64,000 nt of DNA. Source: Cystobasidiomycetes sp. EMM_F5 (lineage: Eukaryota). Shown one piece after another: positions 52,706 through 64,000 of the stretch. A model generated the notes under the pieces. That model saw only the letters and a program-made list of their open reading frames with translations. It ran no database searches and was not told the origin of the DNA. The stretch spans positions 310,001 to 374,000 of the forward strand of contig JBPGPT010000004.1 of NCBI GenBank assembly GCA_051047955.1, given 5' to 3'. The position numbers and the translations under genes were made by a program. Numbering within the stretch: the stretch's first letter is position 1; each line of letters starts with the position of its first letter.

Positions 52706-55700
52706 CTACCCCCTCCCACTGCTACTCTCGACAAACTCGACTGCGTCATCGTGCGTGATGGGACGGATGGAAGACACCTTGCGAGCGTCAAAGACGACTC
52801 CGAGGTAGTGGTCTGCACTGGCGAGCAGCTCAGGGCGAAAGGTAGTAATGATGAACTGCGCATGCTCGGACAGTTCTCGAATCATGGCTGCGAGAAGGAC
52901 CAGTCAGTCTTGGACGTCTCCACCTTTATCATGCCACTCACCAGCAACGGCAGTACGACGATCAGCGTCCAGATTCGCATCAATCTCGTCAAACAGGTAG
53001 AATGGCGCTGGATCGCACTTTTGGATGGCGAAAATCATGGCTAGCGCAACCAGCGACTTCTGCCCACCAGACAGTTGGGTGATCCGGAGTCCCTCGTCAG
53101 ACTTGGAGTTGAATGATACCTTGATGGACACGCCAGTGTAGCTGTCAATCTTGGACTGATGACGTGCTGCTTTGCCCGTCTTGCTGGCCTTCTTTGCTTT
53201 GGCGGTCGTTGTGATGGACTTTCTGGTCTTATCCTTTGCCTTCGTCTTTGCCTTGCCTTTACCCTTACCCTTACCCTGCGTGTTGGCTGCTGCTCCCTTC
53301 TTGCGTCGTTTGCTGGCAGGCTCCTCGTCATCCTCTTCCTCCTCCTCCTCCTCCTCACCTTCCAGACCATCACTCTCTGCATCCTCGTCCTCATTGTCTT
53401 CCTCTTCTGCTTCCTCCTCCTCGACTACTTCCTCCTCACCCCCCTCACCCTCATCCAACCTCGTCTGCATGATCAATCTCCCCCGTCCAGCAGGCACCAA
53501 TTTTTCAAACACTTCTGCGAAATTCCTGCTGACTTGCTTAAAAGTCCGTTCAATCGCTTCATCTTTACGCTGATCCAGCACATCGATAAGATCCGTAATG
53601 CTCTGTCCAGACGTATCCAGCTCTTCTCTTCTGTCCGTCAGAGTCTCTCTCTGTTTCGTAAAGTCGTCATACTGATCAAATGCCTTTTTATTGACGCTCG
53701 TAAACTTTTTGAGCGTCTCTAGTGCTTTCTGGTGCTTTTTGATGAGCTTTGAAGGGAAGTCGTTTCGTTGCATCAGCTACCGCGCTCCCAGGCTGCAGCT
53801 ATCCAATACCACTCACTGTCTCTACTTTGAAGCCCTTTGCATGCATCTGATAAGCTTCATCCGGCAACACACCCAGATCACGAATCTTGCGATTCAGTTC
53901 ATCCCGCTTTCCGAGCAACGCTTGCCTTCTTCCGAGATTACGCTCCAAATGCCGTTGCTGCCGTGCTAGAGCTTGCGCTTCGTCGCTCACTTTACTCTGC
54001 TCCGCTTCCATTGCCGTACGTTGTTTTTGAATTTCAGATTTCGCCTTTTCAGACGCCTTGTCGATGGCTGTATTTTTTGCACACAAGACGCATGTAGAAT
54101 AGTCATTCAGTAAAAAGTCATGCGGGTACTGATGGGATATTCGTCAAATTCGACTTACCGTCCAGTTTTGCCTGAAGTCGGGTGAGCAAAGTGTCGAGAT
54201 GAGCAAGTTCGGAGCGCTTGGCAGCCAACGCCGCGGAAGATACATCCTGAGTACCGCCTACACCACCACCTACGTCAGAGCCGTCGCTCAAGCCATCGAG
54301 TTTCGCCAACAGATTTGTCCGTTTCTTCAGTAGATTCTGGGACAGCGACATTTCCAGCGTTGACTTCTTGCTAGCGAGCTGCATTGACATTAGTCTACGA
54401 TCAGTCGGCCGATACAAATGGCATCCATCAGGTAATTGACGCACGTTCGATCTGTCAATGGTAAGCTGCGCCAAATCTCGCTTGAGCGCCTGCGTATCGA
54501 TACCCAGCTTGTCCATCGTCGCAACCTCCTCATCCGACAGCGCATCCACCATCTTGGTGCGCAGCTCATCCTGTAACGCTTCCAGTTGAATCTTGAGTGC
54601 CGAGACTTCACTCTGTGCCTCAGTCTGTTGCTTGCCGAGTCTTTCAATCCTCGAGCGGATGTTTTCAATATCGAGCTGTCGTTCCTGCAACTCTCGCTGT
54701 AGCGGTTCTCGAGCATCGCGTGCCGTCCTCAGTCGTTTCGCAACGACTTGCTCTCGGCCTTTGAGCGCGGTGATTTGTTGATCAAGGACAGTCATACCCC
54801 GCTTTAATTCCTTTTGCTTTGCACTATCCGTTTCCAGCCGTTCAGTCTGCGCTTTCAAAGTCTTGATGTTCCGCAAGCGAGACTGCTCGGGTGCGTGGTA
54901 TCCGCCAGTCATTGATCCTTTCTTCTCCACCTTGTCGCCAGCGAGTGTGATGGCCGTCAGTCCATGCGAGCGCGAGTATTTCGAACCGAGCGTCAGGTCT
55001 GGTACGATGATTGTCCGACTAAACACCTGTTGTATAGCAGCTTCATATTGTCGATCATAGTTGAGTTTCGCAATCCTAAAACATCAGTCTAGTCCGTCAG
55101 CCGAATGTCTCCAATTGTACGCTGAGGTACTAAACTAACATGGGAACCGGTGCTGCCTCCCCTCCGTCGGTCGGATAGTTGACAGCCTTCGGCTTCAATC
55201 GGTTCAGCGGTACGAATGTCACTCTGCCAGATCGTTCTTTGACCATGACTTCCAGAATCCGTGACGCAGTGTCATCTGAATCGACGACAACATGGAAGAG
55301 ACTGACGCGTAGAGAAGTGAGTGTCCTTGCGACGAGCTAGAGCAGCAGGTCAAAACTCACCTATTTCCTGCTGTCACCTCAACAGCAGTACGAAAGATGT
55401 CCTCTGTCTCGAAAAGTTGATATAGAGGTCCGTGCACGCCCCCTAGTCGTAGCCTCTCGGCGATCTTCTCTACAGCTTGCAAACCTTCCTTCGTCGACTG
55501 TGAGTAAAGCAGTCAGCAATGTTTCAGACGGCCCGGCGATAAGCAATCCACCCTGTCCATCGTCCGATACAGTTGATCTTCAGCCTGTCTTTGCGCTTCT
55601 CTGGCAGTCTTGACCGAATTTTCGATAATCGCGTCAGACTTCCACGTCTCCTTTCGCTCCTCATTCTTCTCTTCGAGCTCTTTCCGCACTTCTGCAGCCT

Positions 55701-57252
55701 CATTCGCAAGCTTTGCGACAGTCTGCTTCCCGGCTTCCAATTCCTGATTGATCTCTGCCTCGCGCTCTCTCGCGGTCGTCAGGTTTTCATTTGCCTCCTC
55801 AATACTCCGCTGAGAGACACGCAAACCTTCTTCCCTGGCGGAAAGGTACGTTGTATTTTTCTGAATCTCTTTCCGAAGGAATGTGTCTCGCTCTGCCTGG
55901 TTCCGGAATTGAGATGTACGACCCTGTTTGGCAAACAGGGTAGCCTGTCTTGCTTCCATCTGCTCCAGCTTCAACCGTGCCGTCGACTCCTGCCGTAAGG
56001 TTTCATCATAATTCGGCTGAATGTCCGCCAATTGCTTTTCTGCTTTGGCGATGCTAGCATTGACGGCATCCAGATCCGCTTGCATACCTTTCCGCTGACC
56101 CTGAGCACGCTCGTTGGATTCTTCCAAGTCGCGTATAGTCAGGTTGACTTGCGTTCGTGCCTTCACACTCTCTGTACGGTCAGCCTCTGCCTGACTGCGT
56201 TCGAGTGACAGAGTCTCGACCTCCTCTTCGAGCTCAACTAGCTTTGCATTGATGACCTTGGATACAGTCATCAGAAGCTGGTGCCGATGGCTTTGACAGT
56301 GGTGAACTCACAGCGATATCAGCTTGCCGCTTTCGAGCTTCTTGGCTGCGCTCTTCTTCTGCGACAGTCTCGTTGTGTCTCTCAATGTCGATCTAGAGAT
56401 TAAAGCAAGGTATGTCAGATACGTAGCATGTGAGTCGCTCATAAGCGCGTCACGCACCGCATCTAAGGCTGCCTTGGCCTGCTCAAGATCGTGTTGGTTG
56501 ATGGAGTAAGCCAGGCAGCGTCGGGTCTTGTCTGCATCTCTGTACTGCCGCAACTCCTCCTTCTCCTCTTCCAACTCTTCCAATCTTTCGTCAATGTACA
56601 CGAGCAATTCATCAATCTTTGCGCGCTTCTGATCCGTCTCCTCCATGATTCTGACACTCTCGGATCTTTTGTCCTCGTACAACCGCGTGCCGGCAATCTC
56701 CTTGAGCAGTTCCAATCTTTCCGGATCCTTCTGGTTTGTGAGAGCTGTGACGCGACCTTGAGGCACGATGAAGAATGGATTGGAGCGGGAGAAGCCAGCG
56801 GATTCGAGCAATGCCATGACCTCGCCTTTGCTTGTCGATTTTCGGTCCAATGCATAGTCATCCTTTTTTGAGCCTATGGTCCGTCGAAGGATAGTCTCAG
56901 CTTTGCCGGTCGGTATCCTGCCATCCGCATTATCGAACACAATCTCGACGTAGGCGGAGAACGTTGCTGTTGTGGATGAGCCTTCGTGTAACAGAGCCTG
57001 ACGTTCGGCGCGTTGCATGGACGTGTAGGCATCGGACAACACGAATCGGATTGCGCTGAAGAAGTTGGATTTGCCAGCACCATTCCGCCCAACTACGATA
57101 TTGACCTTTTCACTGCCGACGTTTTGATGAGGGGGTTCAGCTTGCTAGATTGTAATTACAACGTCCGACGTTTTCACTGACCTGAACGGATCAATGACAA
57201 TCTGATCCCGGTAGCTCTTAAACCCTTGAATAGTGAGCTTCTTGATGTGCAT
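52706..57252 (-). CDS. SMC3: Cohesin subunit Smc3
   Basis: [14 protein letters not shown], Walker [25 protein letters not shown], hinge [54 protein letters not shown]. Confidence 0.97.
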
Positions 57253-57734
57253 CTTGGCGGCGACCAAGTCAGAACTGCCAGCTAGTTTTGCCTGATCCTG
57301 TCAAAGCGGGCGCGACAAGTCGCCAGAAGAAAACAGGATATCAAATCCGATAGCAGGACCCAGCGACAGTCTTGAGTTGTGGTCATACACAAATCATGGT
57401 CAGGCTGTGCATGCTTTCGCTTCGTCAAATCAGCTGGTGCATGCGAAGCCAACGCGTAAAGTGTTATCGGATCCAGCTTGGTTTCGCAACAATTCTGGCG
57501 TCACAATGCAAAGCAGTATCGATACCTGCGATGCCGCGACTTGTCCGTCTACTCGCTAACACCCGGTCATCCATCCGTTTCAAGCCCTTATCCATATGCA
57601 AACAATTCATTACCATTCCTCTACTCGCAACCTCCAACATCTACCGTCGAACCCCTGTCTGTATCTAGATTTTGCTTTTAATGGCCCTAATCAGTTTGTT
57701 GACCTCCGCCTACCATTCTACTCTAATCCCGTCG

Positions 57735-58764
57735 CTAAGCAAGCTGCTTCTGCGACATGACCGCCGGAGGAGTTCCCGCTCCATTCAGTGTAGACGCATC
57801 GTCGCCATAATTGGCTGCTTTTGCGGTTGCTGCATTCTTGCGATACTTGCGGACACCGTAGACTGCGGCACCGAGGAGGAGAAGACCGCCCAGAACTGAT
57901 CCGACTGCAATTCCAGCTTTCTGGCCTGCGGTTAACCCTGCACCACCGAGATCATCGGTGTAGTCGTTGTTGTCCTACGAGACAGCGACATCAGTTATCA
58001 TTGCGCTGAACTACGCATCAAACGATGACTCACTACTGTTGCGGTAGTCAAGGCACCGGTAAAGCACATTGCTCCAGCTGGAGCGACATACAAAGCTCGG
58101 TCGACAAGAGTGATGTCAGCGCACTGATACAACGTTGTCTGCTTTGTGCCGGCAGTCCATCTGGCTTGAATCGTCAACTGCTGACCAGCCTTGAAGCCAA
58201 GGGCGGCAAAGTCGGGTGCAGCTCCACAGTGATGTCCGCGGTACGTTGTAGTGGAAGCCTCATGCGTGAGCATCGTGAATTGGGAGTTTGAATTGGCATC
58301 TGTTTGCACAGACACATCCATCAGCTCAGCATTCATGGACAATCGAGCAGCCTACGCACTTGGATCGGTTGCGTAGTTGAATGCAAGTCGGTTCGCATCT
58401 GCTCGAACAACGTACGACAGGTTTCCGCCAGCTGAAATCAGGCTATATGTCAGCAAACGTTTAGACGAGCCTTGCAGATTGTAGCAGCTCACTCAAGGGG
58501 AAGTTGGTGCGAGTACCATTGAAAGCAATGCCTCCGCATGGTTGGGCGCTATCAGTGGCATCAGCCCACAATCGCGGGGCTGGCAACCCGAGAGTGACTG
58601 GATGAGACGGAGTGGTCAGTTGAACAGCAAGCGTAAAGGCTCGCTGATCGAACGAACTGACCAGCACTGTTGGATAGATCGCTCGCTCGCTCTTCAAGCG
58701 GGATCGCTATAGCTGTGAGGCTTAAGCCCAAAGCCAGGAGGCTAAAACTGGTGAAGGAGTGCAT
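57735..58764 (-). CDS. BIM1/X325-like extracellular-domain protein with signal peptide, single TM helix and cytoplasmic tail, 5 exons
   Basis: Spliced: signal peptide, then VTLGLPAPRL...QPCGG...RTNFPL...C...LTIQ...LYQCADITL...C, then AGIAVGSVLGGLLLLGAAVYGV-RKYRK. Confidence 0.75.
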
Positions 58765-59239
58765 GATTGAAAGGGGAGGCTGTCTTAAGCTGAAGCAATA
58801 GGGAGGACACGAGGAGGGTGAGGATGGGAAGAAAGAAAAGACGGCGAGGGTGCACCGAAGCAAAGTAAAGCTTTTCAGACGAGCCAGCAGCCGAAGAGTG
58901 CCGCCGTTCTCTTTGCCGACGCATCGGAAATCTAACGCGTCTAGTGCATCTTGGCAGTCCGGGTTCCACCTCGTCTCGCTTGCATAATCTTGCCTTCTTC
59001 CCAACCAAGATGCGGTTCAAGGCAACTTTCCCATCTAATCTGATAAGATTGGGGATCATGCCAAGTGATACCGGATGGTCCGGACTGATCTCCGGAGCAA
59101 TCAGATTAAAATGCCACCTCACGAGAGGGTCACACGATGCATTGTCGCTTAATCGTGAAAGCTAACTTGCCAGCTACCAGGATACAACTTTCTCATCGGC
59201 CGGAGGCTACTGTCCCGCTCCGGACCTCGGATAGCAGAT

Positions 59240-60896
59240 TCAAGCTTTTCGACATTTGTACGTGACTACCGGCTCCATGACTGCTATGACCGAGCATGCT
59301 CCAGCGTTTACTAGATCCTCAATCACTAGATCGACTTCCTTGTACGCATCCGGTGCTTCTTCGTAGAGCAAGTTCAAGTCTTCGCAGATGACCTGAGATC
59401 CGAAAACCGTAGTGTGCAGTTTTCCCTTGTAGAACGGCTTCGAAAACTCTGCTTTGGCTGTTGTGCGAGCCATACTCCTTCCTGCACCATGCGCGAGAGA
59501 GAAGGCTGATGGAAGAGAATGTATCAGCCACTGCACTGACTGCGAAACGACGAACCATCCGTACCATTGTTCAAGCAATCGCCGGTTGGCAATACGACAT
59601 AACTTCGAGCTCCTCGACTACCCGGTATAACCACCGCACCATCAAAGGTAGACGCAGCGCCTTTACGATGAATATAGACATCTCGTTGGCCAGAGCCCTG
59701 CCAAGCGGCAGCGTCGACCGTCCGCTTCTCCACGAAATTGTGCCATACATCCAAAATCTTGACAGCGTGGCGTGTGACATCGCCAGCTAAAGCGTCCATT
59801 ACTCTTCTAGCAATCAGAGCACGATTCGCTCTTGCCCAATTCAGAGCTTGATCGTGAAGTTCCAAGTAGTCATCTGCTTCCTCAGTGCCAGCAGATAGGT
59901 TCTTGAGCGCCTTTGGAACGGTGTCTAGTACGTGCTGGCCGAGACTTCGCGATCCAGAGTGTACGAGCAGAACGAGCTTTTCGCTATCAAGGCCAAGCGC
60001 TTCGGCAGTATCAGCATCCCGCACCTCGACCACTCTGAGGATCTCAGCAAAGTGGTTGCCACGACCGATAGTACCGAGGTCATCAAACATTGTGCTGAAT
60101 GCCGTTCCTCCTGGAAGATGAGCTTTGACTTTAAATTCCGACAGCAGTGCTTCTCGCGCCTCGTCATTCGGAAATGGGAACGGTCCTTCGATGTTTGTCA
60201 ACTTGGCTGCTAGCTGCTGCGGTCTGTCTGCACTTTTTGACGGCAGGGGAAGGCTGTAAAGCTGTGAAGACGGGCAGGTTTCAGCTAGACCCCTCCATAG
60301 TAAATAAATAAGAACCACTTGCCGACATGCCGCAGCCGATATCACCGCCAATGAGAGCCGGATAGAAAAGTCCATCCGTGATGAAGGTCGCTCCTATCGG
60401 GACTGAATCAACTGTCAATACCCGCATGCGCGGATGGGCGGTCGAGTAACTCACACTTTCCGCCTGCGTGCAGGTCGGGCATGCCGACGCTGAGCAGCAT
60501 ACCCTTGAGACCAGCAGTCGCCTTGAGCTGTTTCCATGCTTCGGCATCGACTGGTGAACTGTCTGCAATGATCCTGTACCGGCCGCTCGCCTCGGAAGGC
60601 GTACTGGCCACCATACCAGTATAGGGTTCCCCCATTGAAAAGTACAATTCGACCTGGGTATGCGATGATGCTGCCATTTCACCAATCTTGCCGGCAATCC
60701 GGTCATCTGTCAATGCGGCAGACAAGGCAAAGCCGGTAGACAAATAGATAATGGTTGCCGTCTTCTTCATCTTGAGTTTCTGCTTGCCTCGGTTTGCCAG
60801 GTGGTTGTATATGCCAGTCGTCGGGAGGGTCATTTTGACAGCACCTCGTTCGTTGTGCTTGGAGTTTAGGATGAAGAGGAACGTAAGGTCACTCAT
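59240..60896 (-). CDS. RtcB-family RNA ligase (RtcB2 / release factor H-coupled-like), 4 exons, with N-terminal extension
   Basis: GMPDLHAG, PIGA, IGGDIGCGM, GTIGRGNHFAE, VHSGSR, WARANR, DVWHN, HRKGAA, IPGSRG, SLAHGAGR, YEEAPDAYK, PVVTYK. Confidence 0.93.
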
Positions 60897-61848
60897 GGCA
60901 GAGGATTAACTATCAGATGGGTGAGTGATTAGTGTTGCAGAGTCGAGCCAGCCAGGACATGTCTGCATTTGTGACTTTTACACCGCGAGTCATTCCACAG
61001 CGCTGTCAGTTTGACAGTGTCCAGTCACATTCACCGTCACAGTCTTCAGACTCGACAGTCATAGTCTTGTATGCAGCATGCTGACACATCAAGCTCCAAT
61101 CTTGCACGCCGACCGATAGTTGCCATATGCGAGAGAGACCCGAGTCCTACTTCAAGTGATGCAACTGCGACTATTACAAACCCCACAACAATGCTCATAT
61201 CGCCGTCAAGACGCCCAAGAACAGCTGCAATATTAAATTTCGGACTGCGCTGATCTACTTTGGCTATCCCGCTGCGATACGCCGTCTATTTCTCGACATC
61301 GCCATCAGCGAGTTCCCTGTGGCCGCAATGCGGCAGGCTTGTAGCACATTTGACTTGTCTGAAGCGGTTCATCTTGCCAAGCATGGTGGAGAAGCGACCT
61401 TTGCTCTCCAGCGGACGAGACAAAGCTTCACCCAGGAAGCGCAAGGATTATGGCTAAGCGCACTTCGTTTGTCAAGTGACGGTGGTCGGACAGCTGCAGT
61501 CATGTCGGAAATACAGACCTGAGATAGCGACCAACGAACAAGGGAAGATTATGAGCGACTCTTGACACCACTCGGTACGGTAATCGCGGAGAAGTGCGTA
61601 GAAATCCTATATCCAAAGCCGCAGAGACGTCTGAGCAAAGACTTGATGGCTTCTAATGGTCCTTTTGCTAGATTCCGGCTGTCGTATGTACAGACTGCCC
61701 AATCTTGACGGAGAAATCGTCCGAATGAAGTCTTACCTTCTCCTGCCCGACGTCAATGAGGCGCAATGAGGCTTGGTAGGACTTTGGACTAAGGCGAAAG
61801 TACTTTGCTGTCCGGATCGCGACTGTGTGCACCTGATAGAAGAAGTAG

Positions 61849-62802
61849 CTACCTCAGAGCGTACCTAGTACAAATGTCAGCTTATGCTGCATGAAATACT
61901 CCGGACCAAGGAGCCTCACATCCACACTGGGAAGAGATCGTCCGGAAAGCCGTGCTGCAGATCCTCCCTTATGATTGTCAAGTCTGCCTTCTGGAACAGC
62001 TGTTTCCACAGTTTCGTGGACCGCGTCCATGAGCGGTCTTCCTCGTCGAATTCGCGTTCACGTCCGCCGACCGCATTTTCCTTAACTACGATGACCGACT
62101 TGCTGTCTCTCAAGCCTCTTTTGCAAGCTTTGAACCAGTCTACGAGCTCGTCGTCTGAAACTATTTTAGGAAGAGCTTCAGACATTGTATCTTTTCTGCT
62201 TGGAAACTTGACGCACGATGTCCCAAACACCACTGGCACCAGATTATATCGTAGCCAGCCGGCTCTTGCTCATTCACCGCAACTCCAATGGAGCCTATAC
62301 AACCAGACTCGTTGCTTTTGACGTCGTCCGGACGGAAATCCTGCAGACCGAGTTCGTAAAAGCGGACGGTCTTCACCTCCTGCATATTGCGGGTATCGTA
62401 CAGCGACTTCCACTCGCCGGCTTTCGCAGCTCGCAATGCTTCCTGCACGAAATGAGGAGTAGGCTCTACAATGTCAACATAGTCGACGAGGGGCAAGAGA
62501 ACAGTGGAAGTAACGCGTCCAATTCCGCTTCCCACGTCCAAAGCGCGCGTCTTTTGCTTTGTTGTTGCCGCAGCTTTGCCGTCTGAATTGCCCGGTCCTT
62601 TGATCCGAGATAGGTGAGGCGCTACCGTCAAGAGAAACATGCGACTCGACATTGCGTCTGCGTGCGAAAGAGTTCCGAAGCCTCCGAGTACGCCATCTAC
62701 AGTCGCCGGTCTGGAAGTCCAATATTTGACCCCTCCCTCCTTGTCTGCGGGCTTTCTGTGCGCCGCGTCGGATTCTTTCCGTTTCTTTGACGGCGGTGCC
62801 AT
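61849..62802 (-). CDS. NTM1: Alpha-N-terminal protein methyltransferase (Ntm1/Tae1)
   Basis: YW...ATVDGVLGGFG, ALDVGSGIGRVT, VDIVEP, GLQDF, YDIIWCQWCLGH, IVVKEN, DEEDRSWTR, LFPVWM|YALR*. Confidence 0.93.
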
Positions 62803-62972
62803 GACTGAACGAGTGCAAGTATCCTGTGTGGTGCGCAGAAAGGATAGCAGGTCGTCGGTCTTTTTGGTTGCTGTCCACCTCGATCGTCGATAATTTGGGC
62901 CAATATGTCTGTAATTCTGGCTGGTGAGCTTGTTTTCCGCCAACAAGTACGCCTTTTATTTCAATATCAACC

Positions 62973-64000
<1,028 letters not shown>

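Noticed and set aside
53159..53722. Long antisense ORFs over SMC3, and similar ones over RPO41, IML1 and the 22-27 kb gene
   Set aside because: Shadow frames of real coding or low-complexity sequence
61157..61168. TGA-C-N-C as a selenocysteine UxxC motif
   Set aside because: Dikarya are not known to have Sec machinery, and no SECIS or redox fold is evident

Overview
Intron-rich, compact fungal nuclear DNA, very likely a basidiomycete. This is inferred from short GT-AG introns of about 50-70 nt with CTRAC-type branch points, short intergenic spacers and protein style. It holds about 24 protein-coding genes: amidohydrolase, MFS transporter, SAR1, a PLD-family protein, RPO41, RRP45, ERG24, a CDF metal transporter, YPD1, TAL1, a WD40-cyclophilin, POR1, IML1, a C2H2 transcription factor, SMC3, a BIM1/X325-like protein, an RtcB-family ligase, NTM1, HMT1 and several orphans. 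There is one tRNA-Gly(CCC). The most interesting features are: (1) an intact, intron-containing RtcB2-like RNA ligase with an extra N-terminal domain and no PrfH partner in view; (2) two mirror-image arrays of five ~21-bp-phased GC-box motifs flanking a ~725-bp lower-GC core in a gene-poor island beside the tRNA; (3) a BIM1/X325-like protein that appears to have lost its copper ligands and has a transmembrane helix plus cytoplasmic tail; (4) a heavily N-glycosylatable amidohydrolase; (5) an outlier 481-nt intron in YPD1. Exon boundaries were read by eye and family calls rest on recalled motifs. No searches were run.
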